A stretch of 63,779 nt of DNA, the filler included, from Welwitschia mirabilis (taxonomy: Eukaryota): the NCBI GenBank assembly GCA_051453625.1. It is 7 parts of one record of this genome, joined end to end, with 100 filler letters (N's around TTAATTAATTAA, not from the genome) between each part and the next. Parts side by side here need not be neighbours in the genome. Positions count along the whole stretch, not along the records: positions 27,492 to 43,767 come from JBOZIK010000001.1; positions 43,868 to 58,358 come from JBOZIK010000001.1; 5 more parts are not named here. The stretch is one strand, 5' to 3'. The translations under genes and the position numbers were made by a program. Each line of letters opens with the position of its first letter. Position 1 is the stretch's first letter. The notes under the pieces were generated by a model. That model was given only the letters and a program-made list of their open reading frames with translations, was not told the origin of the DNA and did no database searches. Shown piece after piece: positions 39,705 through 53,150 of this stretch.

Positions 39705-40900
39705 CTGAGGCAAGAACTAGTCTTTCAAGGAATTATGATTTGAACAAAACGAACCTTAAAAACAGGACTTTAGAACGTAACACTAGAACTACAGCTAAAA
39801 GCAAAATCTCTGTGCCTATTCTCAGAAAAAGCTAGAAGTTTAGATCAAGCACCCAAAGATTGTTCAATTCTACACCGAAACGGAAACGCCAAGCCGTATT
39901 TCGAAATTTAGAACAAGAAATCCAAAAGCAATCACCGAAACTTGTAAAGCTTCGCTTCAAAGCCAGAATTAAAGCTACGGCAGGACGATCATGTAAAGAA
40001 AAGAGCTCAATCTTAAAAAGAGCCAAGCGAAATCTTCAAATTTCCTTGGAAAATCGAACAATGCAGCTTAGTCAAACACGCATACACAAATTACGGCAAC
40101 TTTCAGTCTCCGACAGTAGAAAACAGCTGTTTAACGAAGTTTTCCACCTTTCCAAGAATAAAACCGCCTCAAAAACAAGATAACAGCGCAATTCTAGTTT
40201 CAAAGGCAAAACACATCCTCCGACACATCAAAGATAACAACCACAAGATCATAACCAGGTTTCTACTCAAACGAAGTCTAGGCCGCGGCAAGAATAAACA
40301 TTCTGAGTTCCGAGGCGCCAAAGGAACAGCTGACAAAGTTCCTCCTCCATCAAGCTTCAAGTTCCTAGAAAACAGACCTCAAGAGCTTTGACGAAGCAGA
40401 GAAACAACTTATCTGCCAATTTCTTTTGGTTTTTTCATAAAAACAAAGAAGGCCATAACTTTCAACCGGAACAAACTGTCGACCTTCGCGGAAGCAAGGG
40501 AAGGCGGACCTCATCCCATTCCCGGCATGGCCTTAATTGACTGCAAGGCCATACCCCTCAAGTTCCAACAATTTAAAATCTTTTCTCTTCACTCTCTGCA
40601 AATTCCCCCGAAACCATCCGAGAGCTACTCAAAACCACCTACTCATTCGTAAAACCACCAACTGTAAAATGAGCGCCTTTTCTAAAAAAACGTAAAAAAA
40701 ACGTTTGATGAAAAAAGAAAAGGAAGTTAAAAAAGTCAAGAATAAAAAAAGCTCAATAAAATAAAATACTTTTTGTGATTTTATTTTTATTAGTGGTAAA
40801 AAAAAGAGTGGGTCATATGATGCATAGTTTTCAAAGAATTTAATTATAAAAGGGGACCAAGGGGAGAAAAAAGGGGGGACATTGACCTCTCCTTATGGTG
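39705..40900 (-). promoter_or_regulatory. putative 5'UTR intron, 5'UTR exon and promoter of the bHLH gene
   Basis: CpG-retaining sequence, T-rich on the minus strand, ending in a CAG acceptor immediately before the ATG. Candidate donors lie near 40509, 40483 and 40378. The TSS cannot be placed from sequence alone. Confidence 0.5.
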
Positions 40901-42239
40901 ACTTAATTCCTTAGATAGGGATGTTTATGGTGGAAGCCAGTTCAAGAGAAATAAGCTCCTCATGTTTGCTTTTATGTATCTTTTTCTTTGTCTTATATGT
41001 TGATTTTCTTTTGCCATGTTTTTATTTTTTTCTAAAGAATGTTTTAGTTTTGAAAAAGCAACGTTTTCTTTATCTAGTCTTAATGCGGCAAAAGAGTCAC
41101 CTTGGAGAGATACTAGGCAAGTTTGCATTGTTTTTTATATTGTGTAATTTTTCTTCGGATAGAGTTGAGTTGTTTTTCAGATTTTACAAATTTTCTTGAG
41201 CTACACTTGGGTTGTTTTTCACATTTTGCAATTTTCTTAGAAGTTTGTTATAAGTAACATTTTAAAGTTGGAAAAACTTTGTAACCTTCTATTGTATGAC
41301 TTTCTTATGAAATTTGTTTTTCGAATGCTAATTAAAGAGTCAAGTACCTAGCCTAATGTCAAATACATATGAGCTAGATTTGAGTTGCTTTCCACGTAAT
41401 GTTCCTTGGAGGATTCTTATAAATAACATTCTAAAGTTGGAAAACATTTGTTATAGGACTCTCTTACGAAATCCATCTTTCAGGTACTAAAATAAAAGTT
41501 AAGTATCTCACATGAAATATTCTTTTTGTTTAAGCTTATTACTTTAACAAGAGTGTATAATTTGAGAATAAGATGCATGTGTGGAAGAGTTGCATAAGCT
41601 AAATTGTAGTTTTTATAAAGACATAATTATGATATTATCATATAACATGTATATTTAAGAAGGTCAAGGGTTTATTTATCTTGTAGTGAGATGTTCCACA
41701 AGTCAAGGAATGTAGTTCAACTAAGATAATTAGAAGTCCTTAGCATATTTGTGGGAAGGACTGCAATATTGAATTAACGCATAATTGTGAAGTCAAAAGG
41801 AAATAGAAAAACATAAGAAATGCTGAAAATAAGAGTGAGTCTTTATGCCTAATGCATAATAAAAGTAATACATAGTTAACACCTTTTACAATTATAGTGG
41901 GGTATTCATCCGTATTTAAATACAAGGACTAGGATTTTCCATTAGTGACTAAGTTCACCTCATGCCATGTGATTACTCTAGTACATTCATTTAACACCAA
42001 ATTTATGACTTTATTAAATTTTCATCTAATTAACTAAAGTTAAAGGCCATAGGAAATTAATCCTCCTTGAAAGTTTGAAAAATTATGGTTACAATAGGTA
42101 GATAGCTCAGCTAATATGCTAACAATAACATCTGAAAATGAAATATTTTAACTGGAGTACTAGAGGAACATCTTGATCATAAACTAACAAGTGACTCAGG
42201 TGGCCTTGCATGCCAAATAACCAATCTTCTAGTAAACTC

Positions 42240-43696
42240 TGATAGGATCGAGAACCCTTGGGGGTGAATAAATTCTTTAAAAAAAATTCCAATACAATAT
42301 TCTAAATGAATCCAATTTAAGATAAAAACTTGCATACAAAAATGAACTAATCTAAAATGTGCATAGAATGAGAAAATAATGAAGTAAAAAAACAAAAACA
42401 AAAATCACAAAAATACCAATTTGATGTAAGTCGAATTTATAGTGGTTTGGGAAACCCTCTACTCCACTCTCGACGATCATCTTATCCCAAAGCTAGATCT
42501 CAGATCTTCATTACTCCACCAGGTATTCCAGGTTTATCTGTAGCCTTTACATATGGACTTTTTCAAGCTTAGTTTCAACCTTTCGAACAAACTTTTCAAG
42601 GCTTAGTCTCAACCTTTCACAAAGCAAGGTAGTGATGTAATGATGCCTTTAGAGCATGGATATCACTCATTCTTNNNNNNNNNNNNNNNNNNNNNNNNNN
42701 NNNNNNNNNNNNNNNNNNNNNNNNNNNNNNNNNNNNNNNNNNNNNNNNNNNNNNNNNNNNNNNNNNNNNNNNNNAACCTTTCACAAAGCAAGGTAGTGAT
42801 GTAATGATGCCTTTAGAGCATGGATATCACTCGTTCTTGAATTAGTAAATTTGATGGAGCTCTCCTCCTATAGAAGTAAAATAAATGAAGCTCTTGGTCC
42901 AACCTTGAATGTAGAGAGGATGTCTATAGTAGATCCTTCTGTCAGAAATATAGATGCTAAGATATAATGGTGAAAGTCACCTCCAAATACAATGCTTGAT
43001 CCTTCAGATCCAATAGATTTGTCCAAATGAAAATAGTTTCAAAAGATTCTTTGGTTATCTATGTTTTAGCTATTTATAATGGAAGGCTTTTAGGGTTTAT
43101 TACATTTGAAATGCGCTTCCAACAGCTATAAACTGCTAGAAAACGAATACCTAACGACTACATAACGGATAGATAAGATTTAAAAAAATTTACTTTCCAT
43201 TCTGTCTGGTCGATTCCACAAAAATCCCGTTGACCTCATATGGTGTCGTGAGTTACACAGGTCGCATGAGTGAGAAATTCAGTCTCCTCAATTTCTTACA
43301 ACTCCCTGTCCGGTCAACCCCATCTAGGTTTACTCAACCCCAGTCACCTACTCAGTTTTTTTTGCATTGAGCTTGGTTGACCCCTTTTGGTGTTTGGTTG
43401 ACCCCATGACGATCGGCTCAGGTGTAATAGCTGCACAGTGCTCAGGTCTGGTTGACCCCATCATAAGTCCTATAGACCCCTTATCATTCAGTCTGGATGC
43501 AGTTCATTTTCTATCTGCTTCAGCTGTGGTCAACCCCTTGAAAATCTGGCCGTCCCCTTCTTGAGAGTAAATAAACTGACAGATTTCTAGTACTCATAAG
43601 TTGATGATTTCGGTTCCATCTTTTGACCTGCAAGTAATTTAACATTTTTTGCACAAGATACACAAAATTTGCTATACATAAAACATTATTTTAACA
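42240..43696 (-). mobile_element. Sirevirus-like (Ty1/copia) LTR
   Basis: gggggtgaata lies about 20 bp from one end (42260), as in Sirevirus LTR termini. tttatagtggtttgg at about 42436. Repeated decayed GGTCGACC palindromes at 43205-43540. Ends ...ttttaaca. Confidence 0.55.
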
Positions 43697-43867
43697 TCAA
43701 TTGACAAAATCTCTTTAACATTAATGACAAAAAATACTTAGTTGTGAAAAATTAGAACTCTTAAAAANNNNNNNNNNNNNNNNNNNNNNNNNNNNNNNNN
43801 NNNNNNNNNNNTTAATTAATTAANNNNNNNNNNNNNNNNNNNNNNNNNNNNNNNNNNNNNNNNNNNN

Positions 43868-45424
43868 TCCATCCATGGAAAAATTACTTGCATCACACAT
43901 TAATTCAAAGTCTTTTTTCCAATTGGGTCCCATTACAATAGGAGCATAAGAAATTTTACATTTAAGCCCATCAAAAGTAAGTTGACAAGATTCATTCCAT
44001 TTAAATTTAGCTTCTTTCTCTAGTAACAAGTAAAGAGGTTTATAAATATTTTCATAATCATAAATAAATTGCTCGTAAAAACCACAATAACTAAGAAAAG
44101 ATGTAACCTATTTCACATTTATAGGGGAATTTAGGTTTTAAATAAAATCAACTTTTTTAAAGTCTATCCTAATCCCCTCTTTTGAAATATGATAACCTAA
44201 AACAATTCCACTTTCAACTAAAAATAAACTCTTTTCCAATTCAAATGTAGACCACTAGAAATGCAATGGTTAAGGACTTTCTTTGATCATTTAAAGATTT
44301 GTTCAAATGTTTTAGCATAAATAAAGAAGTCATCCATAAAAATTTCAATCGAATCGTCTAGCATATTAGAAAAATATCCATCATAACACACTAAAAATTA
44401 CCAGGAGCATTACAAAGTTCAAAAGGAATACGTCAAAAAGAGAAAGTATTAAAGGATGAAGTAAAAGTAGTTTCGTCTTGATTCTTATTAGCAGTACAAG
44501 CCTGGTTGTAACCATTATATCCATCAAGAAAACAATAAAATACATGTACTTGAATCCTATCAAGTATTTGATCAGGAAAAGGCAAAGGATAGTGATCTTT
44601 TTTGATTACTTTATGAGTTTTCTAAAGTCTATACACATCCTCCATTTCCCCTCTTTCTTAAGCAGTACCATCAAAGGAGCTAATCCACTCACTATAAACT
44701 ATGACATAAATAATTCTAGCATCCATTAATTTTATAATTTCACTTTTACCAACTTGCTCAAGGATTGGATTAAGTCTACATTAGGGTTGCCTAGTAGGTT
44801 TTATGTTATCATTAAGGTAGATTTTATGTTGAACAATTGAGGTAGGAATGGTGGTCAAAATCATTTTGGGAATAAGAGAACACATTTATATTAGATTAAA
44901 CAAGAGATATTAAACTTGATTCTAATTAAGAGAAAAGATTTTTGTTAATTATTAAAGGTTTGTTTAAACCATTATTCAGAAAAATGTATTTCAGTCCATT
45001 AGATAAGGGTTCTAGATTTAGATTTAAATTTAAATTTTTATTGTCTATTAAATTTTTAGAAAATTGCACTATCATCTTAGACTATCATCTAGACTTCAAT
45101 AGTGAACAACCTTACTTAAAATATGAAATCTCATTTCTAATTAAATTTCAAACTTTTGCACAGTTGACAGACTTAGTATTTCTACTTTCTGGATCAAAAT
45201 CTTCACTTTCTAGAAGGTTAAAATCAAGTTGATCTTTATTAAAAACATACAAGTTGTCTACTTTTACTTGATTATTAAACAAAATTAGTTTGTAAAGCAT
45301 TTACCATCTTTTTTTAAGTGGACGGTACTATAAAAACAAAGTTAGCTTTACTTCTTCTTCTAAATGCAATTCATTTCCTAAATCTTTTTTAACCACATCA
45401 AATACTCTTATTGAAAACTTTTTA
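43868..45424 (-). mobile_element. Athila-like pol fragment (RT to start of RNase H), second copy
   Basis: LLEKEAKFKWNESCQLTFDGLK...PNWKKDFELMCDASNFS (RT/RNase H junction). RT remnants at 44330-44700. Diverged paralogue of 45830-47250. Confidence 0.85.
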
Positions 45425-45524
45425 NNNNNNNNNNNNNNNNNNNNNNNNNNNNNNNNNNNNNNNNNNNNNNNNNNNNNNNNNNNNNNNNNNNNNNNNNNNN
45501 NNNNNNNNNNNNNNNNNNNNNNNN

Positions 45525-45615
45525 ACTATACTAGTGTGCTATATTTTGCATCTTATTTATAATTAACAGGATTGAGATTGAAGAGTAAAACATTGCATAA
45601 ATATGCAACACAACA
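45525..45615 (+). mobile_element. 3' terminus of a family A LTR inserted into the RNase H region of the neighbouring element
   Basis: Ends tgcataaatatgcaacacaaca and abuts the RNase H reading frame (...VYTNHATICYLMTK|). Confidence 0.65.
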
Positions 45616-48600
45616 CTTAGTCATGAGGTAACAAATAGTAGCATGATTAGTATAAACATTTTTATAAAAGTCTAAAAGATAATGATTAAGTGAATTAAGA
45701 CAAAAAATGATGGATAACATTTCTTTATCTATAGTAGTATAATTCATTTGATTTTTAGACATATATTTACTCTGATAAGATATAACATGAAAATTATTTT
45801 CATATTTTTGATAAATTACCCCACCCACAGCAAAATTACTTGCATCACATATTAATTCAAGGTCTTTTTTTAATTAAGTCCCATTACTATAAGAGCATAA
45901 AAAAGTTTAATTGTAAACCTATTAAAAGAAAGCTAATAAGATTCATTCCATTCAAATTTACTTTCTTTCTCTAGTAATGAGTGAAAGGGTTTACAAATAT
46001 TTGTATAATCATGATAAATTGATAATAAAAATCACAATAACCAATAAACAATCTAATTTCACATTTGTAGGATAATTTAGGTTTTAAATAACACTAACGT
46101 TTTTGGAGTTCATTCTAATATTCTCTTTTAAAATATGATAACCTAAAATAATTTCACTTTTACTAAAAATAAACTCTTTTTTCAACTCAAATGTAGGCTA
46201 GTAGAAATGTAATTATCAAGGAATTTACCTAATCATACTAAGATTTATTCAAAAATTTTAGTATAAATAGAGAAGTCATCTATAAAAATCTCAATCAAAT
46301 CCTCTAGCATACTAAAAAAAATATACATCATAGCATGCTAAAAAGTACTGAGAGTATTATAAAGTCCAAAAGGCATGCATCAAAAAGTAAAAGTATGAAA
46401 AAATGAAGTGAAAGTAGTTTTGGCTTTATTCTCATTGGTAATACAAACCTGGTTGTAACTACTATATCCCTTAAGAAAATAGTAAAATGCATATCCCTAA
46501 ATTCTATCAAGTATTTAATCATGAAAATGCAAAGGATAATAATCTTTTTTGATTACTTCGTTTAGTTTTCTAAAGTCTTTGCACATATTTCATTTTCTAA
46601 TTTCTTAGGTACTACTTTCAAAGGGCTAACCTAATCACTATTAGCTATATTATAAATGATTCTAATATCCATTAATTTTATAGTTTCATCTTTGATAAGT
46701 TGCTTAAGAACTAGATTAAGTCTACATTAGGGTTACCTAATATGCTTTGCATTATTCTCAAGGTAAATTTTATGTTAGACAATTGAGGTAGGAATGGTTA
46801 TCAAATCACTATGGAACCAAGCAAATACATTTACCTTAGATTGCAGAAGAGAGATTAGACATGGTTCTTACTAATGAATAAGGATTTTATTACACTATTA
46901 TCCCAAACTGTCATCTAGATGTCAGTAGTGGATGACCACCCTCAAAATATGAAATCTCCGTTCTACTCAAATCTTGGATTTCTACATAGTTAACAGACTT
47001 AGTTTCTCCACTCTCTAGATTAAAATAATTAGTTTCCAAATGGTCAACATGAAGTTGATCTTCATTAAAAACATATAGATTGTCTACTTCTAGCTAATTA
47101 TCAAATAAAGTTGGTTTATGAAGCATTGACCATTTCTTCTCAAGTGGATAGTATTATAAAAATAAAGTTAGAATTATTTCTTCTTTTACACTCAAATCAT
47201 TTTCTAAATCCTTTTTAGCCACATCAAATACTCTTATTGAAAACTTTTTATTTTCTAAATGATACTCCATTAAACTAGTTTTTGTCTCTAAAATACAATG
47301 GACTATCATACAAAAATCTCTACTTAGAAGTAAAGGATAACCACTATTATGTTCAACTTCTATCACAACAACATCAATAGGGTAGAAAGTTTGATCAATT
47401 TGAATGATCAAATCCTTAACCACACCTAATGGTTTCTTAGTAGAAGTATCAACCAGTTCTAAAACAATCCTTATAGGATCTATTCTATCTTGTAATCCAA
47501 GTATTTAACAAATATACAAGGGTATAATGTTGACAATAGCTCTAATATCAATCAAGGCTTTCTTAATTCTTCTACTTCCCTCTAAAGTGACACTAACAGT
47601 TGTTGCTCTTGGATGTTTAAACTTTAGACATTTCTATAAAACTAAGTTGTTAATAGATTAAGTTAGGAAGACTTTACTAGAGTGGTTTGTTTTTATTTCT
47701 TCCTAATCAGATCTTTCCACAACTTAGAAAACCTTTTCTTATAAAAGTTTTTAAAATGGTAAGTTTATACTCACATTTTACATTGAGGCTTTTAAATAAT
47801 CATTAAAAATAGGATTTGTGTTTAATCTATCAACCCAAGAAGTAGTAGGCTTCTTATGAGAAAGATTTTTCTTTTTGTTGCTTAAAGGAGAAGGGAAAGA
47901 ATGATTTTCTTAAATTTCTATGTTCTCTTCTTTATTATTTTTGACACTTTGTGATGTAGAAGCCTCATGTGTTGGAGGTATTGTCTTATTTCCATTTCTT
48001 ATCACCATCTTATAATCTTTCTTAATTTCATTTGGATTTGGTAAAAATTGAATAATAAGTTATCTTATGGTAGTTGTTTAGTAAGCATGATTTGTCACAA
48101 AATAATCATAAGATTTTCTATATCTGAATTTGTTCTTTCTTGTGTTTTTCTCAACTCATTAATGGAATTCCTAAGAGGATCACCTTAGTTTTGTGAGTTG
48201 GACGAACTTGTTTGATTATTTGAGTTGTTTGATTGGAATTTTATGTTCTTGAATCTCTTTTTAAATGCTTGTAAGTTAGGATGATTTGTTTGAAAATTTT
48301 TAAAGTTGGATTATCCACTCATCTTAAGTTGAAAATTATTGTGATTTTGGATTTGAAATTGGTTTTGGTTTTGGTTAAAGTTTGAGGACCTTGATGGAAG
48401 GCACACACTTCCTCATAGATTATTTCTTTAACATGATTGTTATCTTTGCATAAATTAGAAGTACAACTATGACTACACACATTTTGATTGCCATTTTTGC
48501 ATCAAAAATCATCTGAGCATATTTCTCTAAAGTTGAGATGAAATCTTTAATGACATTTATTAGTTAATTTTAGTTCTTATTTCTTCTTTTTCTTCTTTAA

Positions 48601-50014
48601 CCTCCTTAAGGTCTTTAATGATTTGGTTCATTGTTCGGTTTTCTCTAACTAGGGGTTTAGGCCAAGTTTAACTCACTTTTACTAACTCTTCTAATACTTT
48701 TCAAGAAATTTCTAAAGTAAGGTCCAACAAACTTTATCTACATAAAAAATCAAGGAGTTGCTTTATTTAACTATTGAGTCCATTATTAAAGTAGTCTACC
48801 AGTTTGTCTTAAGAAAAAGCATCTACAAGATTCAAATGTAAAGCAATGAAAAATCTCTCATAGGTAGCGGCATATGATTATTTTTTTCTTACATTTTACA
48901 ATTGTGGTTTCACTCATGAATCTTTTAACAAAAGATTCTTAAACTTGACTCCATGATTTTAATCTTTTATAAGGAATCGTTCTTAATTAAAGTTTAGTTT
49001 TACTTTTTAAAGTAATGGAAAAGATGACTATGTATGTTCTATCACTTATTCTTTTTTTACCATTTCCTGAAGTGAGCACTAATTGTTCAATGTTGCGAAT
49101 GTGTTGTAAAGGATCTTTATCAAGTTCACCACTAAAAATGGGATAGGCATTTAGGTTTCTAAGTTTGATATCATTACCAAAAGGTAAATCAAATGAGATT
49201 TAGATTTTACATTTTCTTAGTAGCAATTAGTTCTCTACAGGTCACATTTCCATTAGGATTTATAGGTTTGGTCATAGGGGTTCTAATGATAAGAAGTGAA
49301 TTAGGTGAAGCAGTTTGCTTTTGCTTTTGCGACAATCTAGACATGTTTAGAAATTAAAAACTATTGTTAATATAGTATTTTGAAAAATTTCTTCTTATAA
49401 AATCAGACTCTAAAGAAATAAAAGTGGAAATTTATGGAATTTTTAAACTTTGTGTACCTTTATTGTGTGTATCTGAGTTAGTTTCATGATCGATCAAATC
49501 TTCTTAGATATTTTCCTCTATGAATAGTTCCTCTCTTTGGTATTTTTCGTTCTTACAAAATTTTACCATACATGCTCAATTTTTAATCCATAGAGTATTG
49601 TCTTTGAAGTTGTCTAGATAATAGTCTAGATGACAGAAACATAAAAAGCATAAAAACAAAAAATGCAAAAACAAACAGACACAAGAAGCAGAAACAACAG
49701 ACTATCATCTAGCTAAATCATCTGGATAACAAAGGGGATGATAGAAAAAACCCTAAAAATTTTCAAAGAAACTAAAATCTGAAAACTCAAGGCCAAGAGA
49801 CCATCATCACTGTATGTCATATGGATGATGAGGTGGACGATAAAGCTTTTATTATAGAACAGAAAAACTAAAACTTTTAAAAAGAAAATCTATGCTACTA
49901 TAGATAAAAAGGCAACACTACTACAAGCAAACATCTAAACCGAGATCCAAATTCTTAGCTAAGTAATAAATACTTTGAAACTCTAAGCAACCTTCCCTAA
50001 CAATGGCACTAAGA
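45616..50014 (-). mobile_element. Athila-like Ty3/gypsy gag-pol pseudogene (family A) with PBS
   Basis: PBS remnant tccctaacaatggcacta at 49994-50011. gag DKDPLQHI at about 49100-49125. Protease ALIDIRAIVNIIP at about 47520-47560 and DLIIQIDQTFYPIDVVVIE. RT about 46250-46650. RNase H ISYQSK...NYTTIDKEMLSIIF. Confidence 0.88.
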
Positions 50015-51114
50015 TGTTGTTGTGCATATTTGTGCAAATGATTAAGCTCAAGAAGATCCTGTCATTTACAAATGAAATAGATATCTGCACAACATAACAT
50101 ACTAATATAGATGGGAGTTGACTTGAATGTCATAATCTGTCGAAGGCCCAGGCTAGAGAAAGAGACTTGATTTCCATAAGAAACACTTTGTATTCTATTA
50201 ATAGAAATAAATTACAATGCAAAAAGAGCACAATATAATACACTTATGCAAAGTTATTCTAGGAAAGAAAAATAACAATGCACCTAAACTAATAATGCTC
50301 AACCTTAACAAAGGTTGCCCTCATAACCTATATCACCCAAAAAACTGTCATTGAATCAAGAGCAATGTAAACTATGAGGGATAAGAACAAACAAGTATAG
50401 GAAATGGAAAAGAAGTATTTGTATTAATCAAGCCACAACTATATTACAAAGTAACCACACCTCAATAGAGGAAGCACAACTTAATACTAAGGAAGACATC
50501 TTTCTACAACTACCAAAGATGGATCTTTGGCCCTTCGATCTCCTATTACAAAAATTTTTAGTGCAAGCAAAGACAAAATGGAGTCAAGGGCGGAAATGAT
50601 ACTTATTAACAATGAACACTCAATAATAAGATAAATAGACAGGCGTAGGCACAACCCTAACAGCCATGCCAAAAGACATACAAACAATGATAAGAGTTAG
50701 GTGCATGTTAAGTAGGACATTATAATAGATGTTGTCCTACTGATCATCCAAATGATATAGGGGACAATATCACCTCATCAATAATTCATGTCGTCTGTTA
50801 GATTGATCATAGTCAACATCCTTATTGGCTTCAGCTGTTGTGTCATCCATATTGTCGTCAGGGTGATGAGGTGGATGATAGGCTTTTACAAGTGTTCATA
50901 CAATGTATCAGCCTTAATGTTTACAAGAAATCTATATTAAAAATAAAAAGTATGGGGAACCACTCCAAATACTGTAAAATGTTATAGAGATTATGTGTTT
51001 TTGTAATTTTCATCTTAGCTCTCCATTATGATAGAAATCCATCATAAACTTGTCTAAGATCCTATAAAACTACTCAAAATACCTATCAAATATATGCAAG
51101 TTGGCAGTGCAACA
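50015..51114 (-). mobile_element. 5' LTR of the family A element
   Basis: TGTTG...CAACA termini; adjacent PBS; similar to 1-1564 and 11768-12832. Confidence 0.8.
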
Positions 51115-51749
51115 ATAACTTTTAGAGTTTGTGATTGTGCCATCTAAAAAAGAGATCTCTTCATATTCATACTCTTTTACATCTAAAATTGAAATTTCAA
51201 GGATAAGGACAAATGGTTCTACGTAAATTTCAAGAAACTTTAGATTATGAGTTTAAGAATGGATTAAAGTTTTTCAAAATCATTGACTAATCATCTACTT
51301 CCTATTCAAATCCAATGACAATATTTTCATAGTAGTTTACATGTTTTAATGTCAATATTTGATGGAACAAATAGTTTAAAATATTAGTAAAGATGTTTTG
51401 TTAAAAGGGTATAAGAGTGCCATGGTTGGGATGGCAATGTTGATTAGATTACATGGTATAATCAAGGATCATGAAAAATGATAAGCGTCTTAATAAGCAC
51501 TTGATAAAACTCTTTCAATAAAAAGAAAAATCACTTGATAAAGTGTATTGTAAAAGCTAAACTAACACAAAAAGGTATGTCAGAGTCATCAATGATAATT
51601 CAAAAGGCACAGAGCAAGTGACTACTCGGTAATTTTAACAATCATTCTAACAGTATTCTAATGATAAAGCCATGCTCTTATAACATTGTGATTGTGAGTT
51701 TAATTCTCTAAAAAATATTTTAAAAGAAAAAAACTACATATAAAATTAA

Positions 51750-53150
51750 TTAAAAAGTCTCTGAACAAAATGAAATTCCAAATGCATGTCACCACTAAAA
51801 ATGTTAGCAGTCAGTGATTGCTTAAGTGGTGTTACAGAAGGGGACAGTCCAAGAATAAGCCTCCGTAGCCCTTCCCATACAGCGAGGTTACCGCGCACTG
51901 TTTTTGTAGCGAACAAAGCTGGCGCACTACAGTACCAACCTCTCACTGATTGCAGGCTTTTCCAAAACACAGAAGAATTCATAAATCTTGGCACTTCCAG
52001 AAGGTGACACACCCAAATACATGCTTTGCCTTGATAATATCACTTCAGTCCTAAAAATTCTCTTTCTCTCAGACCAACTTTCCTAGAAAACTCTGTTTAA
52101 TGTGTCCAATCTCTAACGCCCAAAGCTCACACTCCATAGATCTGCAAATTTCTTCCGAATTCAAGCTTTGAAGTCTCCTGACCAGTCCGTCATGGTTACA
52201 GTAAAAGTTCCGTTATATCCTTTCGGCTCCTTTGACGCTTATGCTTGGGCTTTAGAAACAGCTCAGAGAATACTAAGGTAGTGCCTGCATCTATGTCCTG
52301 ATCAAATGCGCATGCTCTGCCTGCGATAACTGTTTAGGCACCCATTCACGTTAACTTACTTAGGATTGGCTCTCAGTACTGCTTCAGCTGTCTGCCAGTA
52401 AGTAAGGGAATGCCAAGGTATTGTGATGCCAACATCCCTGAAGAACATTGAAAATACTCGCTCGAAGCTCCTTATTGCGAACATTGAAGCCATACATTGT
52501 TGCCTTTTTGTAAAATTTATGTCAAGGTTAAAAGCTTGGCTAAAGATAAGTAAGCCACATTTAAGATTTTGGATATAATCATTTGTAGCCTAAACAAAAA
52601 TGATTGTTCATCAATGTATAGCAAGTGTGACTCCCCTTATCAAACCCTCATTTTAAAAGTCATTCAATATGTAACTTTATCCTTCCATTACTATGATGAA
52701 GAAAAATGACGAAAGTGAGTACCTTTGTCTGATTCTATTTGATAGTCGAATCTAGATGACCTCTTCATAACATGATTTAAGTTTGTAACATCAATGTTCT
52801 AGAAACCCAAATTGGCTTAATATGCGATCCATGTATTCTCAATTAACACTATCAAAGGCCTTACTGATATCTAATTTGAAAGCATGTGAAGCATAACACT
52901 GATTCATAGCTGAATGAACTAGTTTGTTAGACAAGATTACTTGATTAAGGATGTGTTGCCATTTAACAAATCTAGCTTGTTGATTGTTGATGATATATGT
53001 CTTATTCTCTTACATGCATAAGCACATGCACGCACACATAGACATCTTTGAAAAAAATTTATAAATTGTGTTGCAAAGACTAATTGGCTTAAATTCTTTT
53101 AGATGATCAACATTTAACTTCTTTACCTTAGAATTGACTTGAGATTTGAT
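51750..53150 (-). mobile_element. decayed L1-like LINE ORF2 (RT and downstream region)
   Basis: EFKPISLCNTIYKFFSK (about 53045-53100), AFKLDISKAFDSVN (about 52840-52883), QYLGIPLL (about 52400-52423), KQLSQA...LIRT*MQALP and SSVFWKSL, in canonical LINE order. Confidence 0.85.

Noticed and set aside
39860..40183. 107-aa basic plus-strand ORF antisense to the bHLH leader
   Set aside because: Non-ATG start, no recognisable motif, and K/R richness is expected from the complement of a T-rich intron.
42611..42838. Near-identical direct repeats on both sides of gaps (also about 54785/54906, 55553/55701, 57873/58042)
   Set aside because: Typical unmerged contig overlaps, not biological duplications.
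51746..52012. 88-aa ORF as a separate host gene
   Set aside because: It continues the LINE ORF2 remnant (SSVFWKSL motif after YLGIPL).
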